A stretch of 64,000 bases of DNA, taken from the IMG/VR virus record IMGVR_UViG_3300050821_002957, positions 310,001-374,000 of that record, one strand, 5' to 3'. The first letter of the stretch is position 1. Each line of letters begins with the position of its first letter. Of this stretch, positions 1 through 8,692 are shown in pieces. The position numbers and the translations under genes are program-made. A model generated the notes under the pieces. It saw only the letters and a list, made by a program, of their open reading frames with translations, ran no database searches and was not told where the DNA came from.

Positions 1-89
1 AGGGCTGCTACACCAAGCCCTATGTGGGAAATTCCCGCAAAGGCCGCAAAGTTTTTGTAGCAGAGAACTAGATGAACATTAGGTTGCAT
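1..89 (-). CDS. 5' part of a CDS running off the window edge (MQPNVHLVLCYKNFAAFAGISHIGLGVAA...)
   Basis: Open frame from ATG at 89 to the edge; GTAAATA late-promoter-like motif upstream at 180-186 (minus). Confidence 0.45.
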   Translation of the reverse strand, partial: MQPNVHLVLCYKNFAAFAGISHIGLGVAA

Positions 90-203
90 TGGATACCGTC
101 AAAGGATGAATTTTTCTCTCTGTCAGTAGTTAGCGTAGCATCGATTTTGGATTTGACAAGTCCGCTTACCACTGGAGACTATTTACACCCATCAACAGCT
201 TGA

Positions 204-446
204 TCATCCAATGTGAGCCGATACCACATTTCCGTTGACAACTTTAAAATTTATCCGAAAAGCGTTGTGGTCATTGTTGAGTGGTTGAAGCCCTGAATGT
301 TCAACTTTTACGATGAAACCTGCCTGCTGTGCTTTGCTTTGTGCTTCGTCGATTCTCATCCCGACATATTGTGAAACGTCCATAATTTTATACCTATTGT
401 GACTGACAGGCTTTCCGCCCCGAATTTTTGGTGTTAGGAAATCCAT
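204..446 (-). CDS. Small protein resembling potato-inhibitor-I / peptidase inhibitor I78 fold
   Basis: YVGMRIDEAQ...NDHNAFRINFKVVNGNVVSAHIG resembles the D.R..R.N....G.V..A..G C-terminal pattern. Confidence 0.5.
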   Translation of the reverse strand: MDFLTPKIRGGKPVSHNRYKIMDVSQYVGMRIDEAQSKAQQAGFIVKVEHSGLQPLNNDHNAFRINFKVVNGNVVSAHIG

Positions 447-748
447 TATTCCTCGTCGTTAATATCTAGCCAATCGGGAGCTTCCCAGGTTCGGTGAATA
501 ACTCTGACGTAGATTACACCTTCTTCTTCGTCAAGATTCCATTCAAGATCATCGCCAACTTCTATGTTCAATTCACGAACTAATCCATCTGGCAGTGTCA
601 TCATTCCGTTCGGTTGTATGACACAGGCATATGACCTATTACCAAATCCAGAGTTCACCCAGACACCTAAAATGGGTGGTTCATCATTATCTTCAGTCGG
701 CTCTTCGTCAAAGTCTTCCGGTTCTAGCTCTGCGTAATCTTCAGCCAT
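446..748 (-). CDS. AbrB/MazE-type DNA-binding domain protein with acidic N-terminus
   Basis: IQPNGMMTLPDGLVRELNIEVGDDLEW swapped-hairpin signature. Confidence 0.7.
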   Translation of the reverse strand: MAEDYAELEPEDFDEEPTEDNDEPPILGVWVNSGFGNRSYACVIQPNGMMTLPDGLVRELNIEVGDDLEWNLDEEEGVIYVRVIHRTWEAPDWLDINDEE

Positions 749-1872
749 TTTCTTCCTACCCGAATCACTGACATTTCTGGCAACGGTTCTTTGAGTCTTG
801 GATCGATAACTACACTACCATTTACATTTACGGCTCCGCTCTTCACCAGACGACTGCCCTCTGAGACCGAAGATGCCAAACCCATCAGCACCAAGACTCG
901 ATCCAGGCGTGTATTGACCGAATGAAAAACCGGAATTCTTACAACTGGAATATCGACCGGCGCTTCACGATCTGAAAATCTCTTTGTCCATTCAATTTCA
1001 GCGGTGTCTGCTTTTGGTTCGTCATGTAACCAATGAACAATTCGCCATGCCAAATATTTCTTAGATTGAAATGGTTGAGGATGCCAGCCACATTTATTTG
1101 GAAACAGAACCTCTTGCCATTGGCGCATTACATCATCAGCAATCGACATAACTTTGCTGAACATTTCAAATGGTTCATCCAGCAAACCAATGTGATTACC
1201 GAACGACTTGGACATCTTTCGACCGTCCGTACCAAACAACAAAGGAACCGTCGCAATAACCTGAGGTTTCTCACCACGATCATGCATGTACATCCGGCCC
1301 ATCAGCATGTTGTAAAATTGATCGTTGCCGCCAAGTTCAATATCTACACCTTCTCTGAAAGAGTCATATGCCTGAAGCATGGGGTATAACATCTCATGCA
1401 TAAAGACCGGAGTGTTTGTTACCTTGCGTTCTTTAAAATCGTCACGGCCACCGATTTGACTGAGGGTGAAATGGGACATGAGACGAATTACATCTTGCAT
1501 CTTCATCTCGTCAAACCATTCGGCATTCTTTTTGACGACGGTTTTGGTTCGATCCAAAATTTTGAAAGCCTGTGTCATATAGCTCCAGGCGTTCGTATTG
1601 ATTTCATCGTCAGAAAGCGCAGGCCGAAGCTGATTGCGCCCGGTCGGATCACCAATCGATGCTGTGGTGTTGCCGACGATCATCACAATGGTGTGCCCAG
1701 CATCCTGAAATTCACGCATCTTTTTCAACAGCACAGCATGACCAAGATGTAGGTCTGGTGCTGTGGGATCGAATCCGGCTTTCACACGTAACGGATGACC
1801 TGACGCAATAAGAGCATCAAACTCCTTTTCGTCGAGGAGTTGCGTAAACCCGGATTTGAGTGATTGTTGCAC
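724..1872 (-). CDS. tyrS: Tyrosyl-tRNA synthetase
   Basis: GFDPTAPDLHLGH (HIGH), YPMLQAYD, GGNDQ, KMSKS, C-terminal S4 domain. Confidence 0.96.
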   Translation of the reverse strand: MQQSLKSGFTQLLDEKEFDALIASGHPLRVKAGFDPTAPDLHLGHAVLLKKMREFQDAGHTIVMIVGNTTASIGDPTGRNQLRPALSDDEINTNAWSYMTQAFKILDRTKTVVKKNAEWFDEMKMQDVIRLMSHFTLSQIGGRDDFKERKVTNTPVFMHEMLYPMLQAYDSFREGVDIELGGNDQFYNMLMGRMYMHDRGEKPQVIATVPLLFGTDGRKMSKSFGNHIGLLDEPFEMFSKVMSIADDVMRQWQEVLFPNKCGWHPQPFQSKKYLAWRIVHWLHDEPKADTAEIEWTKRFSDREAPVDIPVVRIPVFHSVNTRLDRVLVLMGLASSVSEGSRLVKSGAVNVNGSVVIDPRLKEPLPEMSVIRVGRKWLKITQS

Positions 1873-1895
1873 CCAACTAGTTTAGCATATGAAAA

Positions 1896-2213
1896 TTAAT
1901 CGTCAACCACTTTACCGCCTCGGATCACTTGTGCATTGAACGTGACTTTGGCAGTTCCGGCGAAAGGACTCATTGGTTGCGGTCGGCCTTCAGAATCGGT
2001 AAAGACGGGAAGCTGCCGTACAACTTTTTCGGGGATATCAAGTGTCGTAAAAAGTTCGTCAAAAATTTTCTGGATGCCTTTGTTCAACTCTTCTCTGCTG
2101 GCACCGAAAATTTCTTTCTGAAATTTTCCTGGTAGGGCAACATTGGCGACGAATTCCTGGACACCATCTTTGATTCCATAGTCACTAAAACGAACAAGTA
2201 TCACTTCTCTCAT
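1896..2213 (-). CDS. Hypothetical protein
   Basis: Start moved to ATG 2213, 5 nt after the late-type CTAAATG motif and downstream of a terminator. Confidence 0.6.
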   Translation of the reverse strand: MREVILVRFSDYGIKDGVQEFVANVALPGKFQKEIFGASREELNKGIQKIFDELFTTLDIPEKVVRQLPVFTDSEGRPQPMSPFAGTAKVTFNAQVIRGGKVVDD

Positions 2214-2230
2214 AACTGCATTTAGACAAT

Positions 2231-2265
2231 AAAAAAAGGAGCAGATCCTAAGACCCACTCCCTTT
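2231..2265 (-). terminator. Rho-independent terminator after the C1 peptidase
   Basis: Minus strand GGAGTGGGTC-TTAG-GATCTGCTCC-TTTTTT. Confidence 0.8.
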
Positions 2266-2293
2266 CTAGACATAAGACTGAACAAAAACTATT

Positions 2294-3088
2294 TTAGGCG
2301 ACCTGAGTGATCTGCCAGAAATCGTCTGCAAGATTTCCATCAAGCAAGTACTCGAACGGCATGTAGAAGTAACCCTTTGCGCCCCAGAAAGGACCCCAGG
2401 AATTACGGACGATGAAAGTACGAGGCGGTGCGCCATTGACTGTCGTGTTGGTTGCATTGTAGCCGACAACCAATACAGCATGTCCACCCAATAGATTTTC
2501 AGAAGCAGCAGGCATCGGAACAATTCCGGTTGCTGCTACTTGTGCGCTTTCAAAAGAATCATAGACGCTGAATCCGATCACGAACGGGAAACCCGATGCG
2601 AGGCAGGACTGCATTGCGTTCAATTCTTGTGGAACACTTGCGTATTGAATGGCCTTGCTCTTCAAAGCAGTCGTATAGCAAGAGGCCGGTGGCTTCTCAG
2701 TGAACTTTGAAGTGTTATAAGGCCATGTTGCTTCCGGTGGGACTCCCCAGGTTGCTACGGCTTTGATGCCATCGCTAAGAGTTGCGCCGGAATCCGAAGA
2801 TACAGTGCCTTCTTCGACACGCTCATTGTAATAAATGAACAGGCGAGATGGCATGAAAATCGGAAGTTTCAATTTAATCTGATCGTATTCAATTGCGCCT
2901 GCGATAGCATTTGCAGTGCATGATCCGAGTTGCTGCTGGTTGTAACAGGCAGGACATCCTGAACGCATGTCTACGAAAGTAGCGATCTTTTCAGGTGCAA
3001 TCCGTGCTGCGAAGATTCTTTTGCGATGGTCAGGAAGAGACGGCTTCCAGCCATATTTCTTGCCGAGTGGAGAGAGTTTGTTGCTCAT
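2294..3088 (-). CDS. Papain-family (C1) cysteine peptidase
   Basis: QQQLGSCTANA (catalytic Cys), GGHAVLVVGY (His), IVRNSWG (Asn); start ATG 3088 lies 5 nt after CTAAATA. Confidence 0.92.
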   Translation of the reverse strand: MSNKLSPLGKKYGWKPSLPDHRKRIFAARIAPEKIATFVDMRSGCPACYNQQQLGSCTANAIAGAIEYDQIKLKLPIFMPSRLFIYYNERVEEGTVSSDSGATLSDGIKAVATWGVPPEATWPYNTSKFTEKPPASCYTTALKSKAIQYASVPQELNAMQSCLASGFPFVIGFSVYDSFESAQVAATGIVPMPAASENLLGGHAVLVVGYNATNTTVNGAPPRTFIVRNSWGPFWGAKGYFYMPFEYLLDGNLADDFWQITQVA

Positions 3089-3124
3089 GCTGCTATTTAG
3101 CAGCATAGAAATCGTTGTCAACTA

Positions 3125-3505
3125 TCAACAACAACCCACCCCACGATGATCATAACAATAGTCTTCCGGTTTTGGATTTAAAATATCATCCAAAACTGCC
3201 CAGGCCATCGCCACTCGGAACCAACAATGTTCGGCACCGATAATTTCCATGCTCTCAAATAGCGGCGGCGAGTCCAGACGAAAAGTAATCGCCACTCGGA
3301 CAGGAACAAAGAAACGTCTTTTGTCAACCCCAAGTTCCGTTGCCAAATCCATCAAAGTTTTCTTGATGGTCTCGGTCGTGAAATCATCTTTGATGGATAA
3401 GAGCGCATTTTTGGTTCGCTCCAACACCAAAACAGATTCTTGGATTGTTCCTTTTTTGGCCGGGATCAACAACAACGGATCGTATTCTTTCAGACCGGCG
3501 CTCAT
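3125..3505 (-). CDS. Stand-alone glutamyl-tRNA synthetase-type anticodon-binding domain
   Basis: LATELGVDKRRFFVPVRVAITFRLDSPPLFESMEIIG matches the GluRS C-terminal P.R.A.TG...SP.L.....LG helical domain; no catalytic domain. Confidence 0.75.
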   Translation of the reverse strand: MSAGLKEYDPLLLIPAKKGTIQESVLVLERTKNALLSIKDDFTTETIKKTLMDLATELGVDKRRFFVPVRVAITFRLDSPPLFESMEIIGAEHCWFRVAMAWAVLDDILNPKPEDYCYDHRGVGCC

Positions 3506-4083
3506 AATACCAGCTTTCGTTCGATTTCTGCCGCCATACGAAGATCAGTAATTCGCACAATCGGCAACACCCAATTCTGTGTTTCAAGTTTGTACTTGTT
3601 CCGGCGAGCTTCTTCCCACTTGCTCAAATCGGTCACGTTGTCAATCCGGTCACAACCTTTGATGCGGCGAGGACGAGCATCGGCGTGTGTCAACGTCATA
3701 TAATATTCATCGTCGGGCCGTTTTGCACGAGCTACCAATTCGCCTGTAATTGGATTGAACGACGGCAATTCTTTGGACAATACGATAATATCTTCGTACA
3801 TTTCTTGCCCGAACAGATTCACTATTACCGAAGTTGGAACATAACAATCTTCGACGATATCATGCCCAAGTCCCAACGCTACATGCATAGCGTCGGCGTA
3901 ACCATAAGTCATCGCAACGTCGAATGCAACACGGCGAACGTGCTCAAAATACCGTTCACCAGTCAGACGGCGGCTCTGCTTACGATGCGCTTCCTTGACC
4001 AACCAATACATGCGCTGGACATACGACAGTTCATCAGCATTCAAATACTCAGCCATCGTATTGAAAAATTCTTTACGGTTCAT
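3502..4083 (-). CDS. HD-domain (p)ppGpp hydrolase-like protein (small alarmone hydrolase, Mesh1/SpoT-HD)
   Basis: AHRKQSRRLTGERYFEH, GHDIVED, IKGCDRIDN. Confidence 0.88.
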   Translation of the reverse strand: MNRKEFFNTMAEYLNADELSYVQRMYWLVKEAHRKQSRRLTGERYFEHVRRVAFDVAMTYGYADAMHVALGLGHDIVEDCYVPTSVIVNLFGQEMYEDIIVLSKELPSFNPITGELVARAKRPDDEYYMTLTHADARPRRIKGCDRIDNVTDLSKWEEARRNKYKLETQNWVLPIVRITDLRMAAEIERKLVL

Positions 4084-4090
4084 GATTTTT

Positions 4091-4120
4091 ACGCTATCAC
4101 AGTAGATACATCGTTGTCAA
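4091..4120 (-). promoter_or_regulatory. Sigma70-type promoter, leaderless, with TAGATACATC box in spacer
   Basis: TTGACA-N18-TAGCGT, ATG 7 nt downstream. Confidence 0.6.
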
Positions 4121-4308
4121 TTCTGGGTAGATGTCATGGAGATTCGCTGTGGCTTGAATCGCCAACAATGACGCCATGCAAAATGAGCCATACCAGCATG
4201 ACCACACCGAGCACATTTCGTTCTCCAATGCTTTCCTGAGACCCCACGAATAACCCACCAGAGATCGTGATACCAGCGATGTACCGAAACTTTATGTGGT
4301 TCGCTCAT
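4117..4308 (-). CDS. Hypothetical small protein (CxxC)
   Basis: ORF in co-oriented gene run. Confidence 0.5.
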   Translation of the reverse strand: MSEPHKVSVHRWYHDLWWVIRGVSGKHWRTKCARCGHAGMAHFAWRHCWRFKPQRISMTSTQN

Positions 4309-4392
4309 TGTAATCCTAAAGCCTTTCTCATTGCGAATTGTGTTTGCAAGACGCCAGCCTCTTCGCCAACCTCTAATGCATTGGTGAGTAAA

Positions 4393-4725
4393 TCAATGAG
4401 CGTATTTCTGTTGATACATCCACTCAACCAAATCTTGTCGTTGAGTGATTTCTGGATACATCCACTCAACCAAAGCAAGAGCCGATGCTACAGTTCTAAG
4501 CTCGACATCAGTCATCAACAGGCGATACCCATTCAACCGTTTCCCACTTTCAAGATCCATCACCAGATATTGCATTTTGGATGCTAACGATATACCCGGC
4601 TCTTCCCGGTCCAGATTTTCTATCCACGGTTTATCGTCTTTAGTCGTGTTGAAAATGATGTCACCTGCCAACCGAAGAATATCAGCCATCTGGTTTTTCA
4701 CATGTGCCGAAACTGCATGTAACAT
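4393..4725 (-). CDS. Hypothetical protein
   Basis: ATG 4725 directly follows the stop of an upstream small ORF. Confidence 0.55.
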   Translation of the reverse strand: MLHAVSAHVKNQMADILRLAGDIIFNTTKDDKPWIENLDREEPGISLASKMQYLVMDLESGKRLNGYRLLMTDVELRTVASALALVEWMYPEITQRQDLVEWMYQQKYAH

Positions 4726-4726
4726 C

Positions 4727-4891
4727 CTAATTTTCCTCGTTATTAAAAATTTGAATTGCCGTAGCGTACTTACGGAACGACAATGAACCACAAGACGAAA
4801 ATCGCATCGAGACGGTAGCAATCTGTTCAGGACCCTCTTCGAGGAAATTATCCAGATCGGACATTGACGTAAAATCGATCATGAAAGTCAT
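4727..4891 (-). CDS. Hypothetical 54-aa protein (MTFMIDFTSMSDLDNFLEEG...)
   Basis: Read by hand; ATGA overlap with upstream stop; below ORF-track cutoff. Confidence 0.5.
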   Translation of the reverse strand: MTFMIDFTSMSDLDNFLEEGPEQIATVSMRFSSCGSLSFRKYATAIQIFNNEEN

Positions 4892-5111
4892 CCCTTGATC
4901 CATTTCTTCAGCAACGAATCCGGCAGCGGTTTTTCACCACGAAGCTGCTGTAAATACTGGACGAACACTCCGTCAACCGCCTTGGCATTATTCACATCAG
5001 GAATCTTCAATTCCTTTTTTGCATGAAGGCGAGAAAATGATAAATCCCCTGAAGTTGACCAAACTCACCGTTCGTCATTTCAATGGTCTTCAAAGTCTTG
5101 GTCCGTGGCAT
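4888..5111 (-). pseudogene. Small gene broken by a 1-nt frameshift at an A6 run (or sequencing error)
   Basis: MPRTKTLK...FMQK then KELKIPDVNN...KWIKG* in the -1 frame; both ends overlap neighbouring stop/start codons. Confidence 0.5.
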
Positions 5112-5377
5112 CACGCCTCTGCTTTCAGGGCCTTCTCTAAGCGTTCAATCACCGCTTCCTCTTTAGAGGCATGTTTTCCGATGAGCGCACCATGTTTGAT
5201 GCCGAGCAGACAGGTTTCGACGATGCTGACATGCCGACGCTTGGCCGATTGGGAAGACGATTTCTTGCTGAGAACTTCGACGGCATTCGCAGCATGAATA
5301 TCAGCAAGATAAACGGCGAGATTTTTCCAATTGTCCAATTCGATCTTCAGATCTAGAATCTCGTTCTCAGTCATCAT
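5111..5377 (-). CDS. Hypothetical protein
   Basis: ORF in co-oriented gene run. Confidence 0.6.
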   Translation of the reverse strand: MMTENEILDLKIELDNWKNLAVYLADIHAANAVEVLSKKSSSQSAKRRHVSIVETCLLGIKHGALIGKHASKEEAVIERLEKALKAEA

Positions 5378-5379
5378 GA

Positions 5380-5679
5380 TTATGCTCCGATCTCGATGGT
5401 GGGCATTTCCATTCCGGCAGCAAAGCCATGCCGAGTATAAAATGACTTGATAGGGATCATTGCCGTTTTAAAGGACTTTTCAGTACCGTCACCGTTCTGA
5501 ATGAAATGCATCAGCTTTTTCGCAGATCGAATGGGAGCATTCCAATACGCCCAACCATCACTGCAAAGATTGACTTGATCACGAAAATCGGAGAGGAATT
5601 TAGCCGCTTGATAAGTGGGTGTGTCTGGACGATATTTACGAACAGCACTATCGATTTCGTTTTCATTCATGTAGTTCAT
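5380..5679 (-). CDS. Hypothetical protein (early)
   Basis: Directly behind a strong sigma70-type promoter. Confidence 0.7.
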   Translation of the reverse strand: MNYMNENEIDSAVRKYRPDTPTYQAAKFLSDFRDQVNLCSDGWAYWNAPIRSAKKLMHFIQNGDGTEKSFKTAMIPIKSFYTRHGFAAGMEMPTIEIGA

Positions 5680-5685
5680 AAGAAG

Positions 5686-5729
5686 ATTCTATCAAATGGA
5701 TGGTGTCATGTCAAGAGAAGATGTATCTT
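5686..5729 (-). promoter_or_regulatory. Sigma70-type leaderless promoter with upstream AAGATGTATCTT box
   Basis: TTGACA-N17-TAGAAT, ATG 6 nt downstream. Confidence 0.75.
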
Positions 5730-5880
5730 TTTTTAGAAACGCCAAAAATGAACTGGAATTGGCGTTTCGGCAATGAAAGTTTCGACTGCATTTTTAACAG
5801 CAAGAAGTGTTTCTTGGTCATGTGGCTCTGGAGAAAGCCAGTATTCACGAATGATTTCACGTATCAGGTTTCATAGTACC

Positions 5881-5921
5881 ATATTACCAGAACCTAAATT
5901 CATTGTCAATAGATGTAACTA
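5881..5921 (-). promoter_or_regulatory. Sigma70-type leaderless promoter with TAGATGTAACTA box
   Basis: TTGACA-N17-TAATAT, ATG (5874) 6 nt downstream. Confidence 0.65.
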
Positions 5922-6227
5922 ATTTCTATGTTCGTCGAAAAACAATTTTTGACTGATTATTGGCATAAGCTTTTCAAGGGCAACAGGAGAAATTCTATCA
6001 ATGAGATCATATTCTGTGCCGACGAGAGCGCCAAATTCGACTTCATAACTCTCGTAACCGCTTAAGTATCTAATGTATACGTAATCCACCTTCGGTGACT
6101 TCGTAACTCGAAAACGAACACCATCACCCATTGAAACAGGTGTCTGAGCACCCCACATTTTAAAAATTGTATTATTACGGGGATTCGTGATGAAATCTTC
6201 AATTGAACTAGTAAACTTTGTCTTCAT
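5919..6227 (-). CDS. Hypothetical protein
   Basis: ATG 6227 preceded by AAGGA; upstream part of the track ORF looks non-coding and structured. Confidence 0.65.
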   Translation of the reverse strand: MKTKFTSSIEDFITNPRNNTIFKMWGAQTPVSMGDGVRFRVTKSPKVDYVYIRYLSGYESYEVEFGALVGTEYDLIDRISPVALEKLMPIISQKLFFDEHRN

Positions 6228-6360
6228 GCCGTCCTTGGTTAGCTGATCCGATGGTCCCCGGAGGGCCTGGATACACACCTTGGAAGGCGGAAAACAATTG
6301 GCGATATGAGGGGTCTGGGATTCGTCCGAAGACGTTTTGGAGGGTGACCGCCTCAAGAAT
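6228..6360 (-). ncRNA. Candidate structured RNA or long 5' leader
   Basis: GC-rich; GAGGCGG/CCGCCUU closing stem, CGUC-UUCG-GACG hairpin, C-rich CCCUCC loops. Confidence 0.35.
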
Positions 6361-6436
6361 ACTCTCTTAGTGTACTACAGAAACTTAAAGATTTTCTTTC
6401 GCTTCACTTGATATTGTAGCGATTTTCTCAGCGATG

Positions 6437-6916
6437 TCAAGCAACCCTGTAATCCGTGGTATTTGCACCTTTTCCACCGGAACCATTACAAGGTTTGCAA
6501 AGTGGCTGAATGTTGCTGATAAACCCGGTCCCACCTTTGATGATAGGAATAACGTGGTCGGCCTCAAGAGCCTCATCTAGCTCTGATTCATGTCGTCCAC
6601 AACATAAACATCGATGGTCGTATTGAATTTTAAGTTCTCGCCATTCCTTTGCTGTGAAGCTGCCGCCATTTTGTTCTTCACGCAACCTCCGCTTATTTCG
6701 CTCTGCTACGAGTGCTGCATGAATAACGTGTTTATTCTTAGGATCATCCCAATAACGTTTTTGTGATTGCCGGATTTTGATCCGATTGTTCGTATAATAT
6801 TTTCTCGAAAATTTCTTTCCATTCAACTGGAAGTACTCTTTATAGCAGGTCACACAATTTCCGCTGACCGGCCAATTTTCGTGGTCCGGGTTTTCTTTTG
6901 AAAGATTTAGCACCAC
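6437..6916 (-). mobile_element. HNH homing-endonuclease-like gene
   Basis: RCLCCG...LEADHVIPIIKGG...NIQPLCKPCN. Confidence 0.85.
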
Positions 6917-6917
6917 T

Positions 6918-6924
6918 CTAAATA
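6918..6924 (+). promoter_or_regulatory. Late (gp55-type) promoter
   Basis: CTAAATA, similar to T4 TATAAATA, upstream of a structural gene. Confidence 0.7.
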
Positions 6925-6946
6925 CTTTCTCAGGTGACCAACACAG

Positions 6947-7516
6947 ATGCCATTCAATCCCGTAATCGGAGCATACCAGAACCAGCCGACCGATATCAAC
7001 TTTTTAAACACGCACCGCTTTCGTGTGATTCTGCGGCGCTGTCCTAATGTCGTCTATTGGGTTCAGGAATGCAACCTGCCTGCTATGGGAATGGGCAACG
7101 CCGTACAGCCGACACCGTTCGTCGATGTGCCACGTCCCGGCGACAAGATTCGGTACGAAGATTTTACGATGTCGTTTCCAGTCGATCAGGACATGATGAA
7201 CTATCGAGAAATCGGAGATTGGATGGTCGGCCTTGGATTCCCTCAAGAGTTTGGACAGTATGCAGACCTCAAATCTTCTTATGATGGCATCTATTCGGAT
7301 ATCTGGCTCTTGATTTTAGATTCGGACAACAATGTGGCGCATACCGTCAAATTTATTGGTGCTTTCCCTACCTATCTTTCGCAAATTCAGTTTACGACGA
7401 CGGTCTCCGATACGATCATTCCAATGGTCTCGGCAACATTCAAATATGCGTACTGGTCGCTGGACGATGTGAACGCTGGATCTTCGACCGTGACGCTTGG
7501 TGATTTCGTCCAGTAG
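6947..7516 (+). CDS. Tail tube terminator / tail completion protein (T4 gp3-like)
   Basis: NFL...FR....P.V.YW.Q..NLP...G...QPTPF.D.P.PGD.I.Y..F...F.VD..M.NY.EI..WM.GLGFP; located before uvsY-uvsW as in T4-like phages. Confidence 0.85.
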   Translation: MPFNPVIGAYQNQPTDINFLNTHRFRVILRRCPNVVYWVQECNLPAMGMGNAVQPTPFVDVPRPGDKIRYEDFTMSFPVDQDMMNYREIGDWMVGLGFPQEFGQYADLKSSYDGIYSDIWLLILDSDNNVAHTVKFIGAFPTYLSQIQFTTTVSDTIIPMVSATFKYAYWSLDDVNAGSSTVTLGDFVQ

Positions 7517-7551
7517 CCATTTGCGAGATTTTGTGGTAGACTTTTAGGCGT

Positions 7552-8046
7552 ATGAGATCGTTCAAAGAAATGTGCGCTGAAATCATAGCTGAAGCCGTAG
7601 AACCTCTGACCGAAGCGTCTGTCGAAAAAACCGTCACCATCTTACGTGGAATCTCAGGTGCAGGCAAGAGCACGTACACGGCGAAGCATTTTCCTGATGC
7701 TGTCATATGCAGTGCTGATCATTATTTTGGTCATGGTGCCGACTACAAGTTCGACGGTAGCAAACTCGGCAAAGCGCACGATCAATGTTTCCAGTTGTTC
7801 ATGACGGCCTGCAACTCCGGGAAACCGAGCATTGTCGTCGATAATACGAACACCACTTTGCGAGAGTTTTTACGTTACGTCGAATTTGCAAAGAGCCGTG
7901 GATACAAAGTCGATGTCGTTCGTTTGGTGGTTGATCCTAAGATTGCCGCCAAGCGCAATGTTCATGGCGTTCCGGCTGAAAAGGTCCAACAAATGCAGAA
8001 TCGTTTCCAGGATTATCGTGGTGAGACCGTAGTCCACAACAACTAA
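7552..8046 (+). CDS. P-loop kinase (AAA_33 / N4BP2-like polynucleotide kinase domain)
   Basis: ILRGISGAGKST, SADHYF, VVDNTNT, RNVHGVP. Confidence 0.85.
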   Translation: MRSFKEMCAEIIAEAVEPLTEASVEKTVTILRGISGAGKSTYTAKHFPDAVICSADHYFGHGADYKFDGSKLGKAHDQCFQLFMTACNSGKPSIVVDNTNTTLREFLRYVEFAKSRGYKVDVVRLVVDPKIAAKRNVHGVPAEKVQQMQNRFQDYRGETVVHNN

Positions 8047-8179
8047 ACGAACAGGCTATCATTCAACTGGTCGGAATGGAAAGTAAGTTAGCGGCAGGCC
8101 CCGTCAGAAATACCAGTGCGAAGCGTTGCGAAACCTGTTCTCTACTAGACAAAATCTGATTCCATGATGTAATGGGATC

Positions 8180-8692
8180 ATGCACATTGACGATCTCATG
8201 GCGATGATTGACGCTGATGTCGGTGTTCCATTGCGCCGTGATCATGTCGAATGGGAATCCAGTAGGACCCAGGCGTTACATCAAAAGTATCGCAAGATTC
8301 TCTATTACGAAAAAGTCGAACTGGATCGAATGAAAGCGGCGATTGATCCGCTACGTAAACTCAAGCGTGACTATTACAGCGGCAAGAGTGAAAAGCCCTC
8401 GCCTCTGAAGCCTGACACCAAACTCAAAATCACTACAGAAGAGACGACGGCATCCAAGCGTGTCATCAAAGACGAACTAAGTTTCTGGGTAGACTGTGAT
8501 CCAGATGTCATCGCCGCCCGAGACCTCGTTTCTCAGCAGGCGGAAAAAGTAGAGCTTATCAAAGACACTCTTGACGACATCAGAAAGAGATCCTTCAGTT
8601 TAAGTACAATTTTGAATTCGCAACGGTTTAAACATGGTCTGGAAAATTTGGGCCAAGTGATTGACATGAGCGATCCTGATTACGAAAGATGA
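8180..8692 (+). CDS. uvsY: Recombination mediator UvsY
   Basis: Helical protein with LHQKY, YYSGK, D.D, I.KRSF; synteny with uvsW. Confidence 0.75.
   Translation: MHIDDLMAMIDADVGVPLRRDHVEWESSRTQALHQKYRKILYYEKVELDRMKAAIDPLRKLKRDYYSGKSEKPSPLKPDTKLKITTEETTASKRVIKDELSFWVDCDPDVIAARDLVSQQAEKVELIKDTLDDIRKRSFSLSTILNSQRFKHGLENLGQVIDMSDPDYER

Noticed and set aside
1-200. Hairpins suggesting a tRNA or riboswitch
   Set aside because: No cloverleaf or T-loop; better explained as the start of a minus-strand CDS
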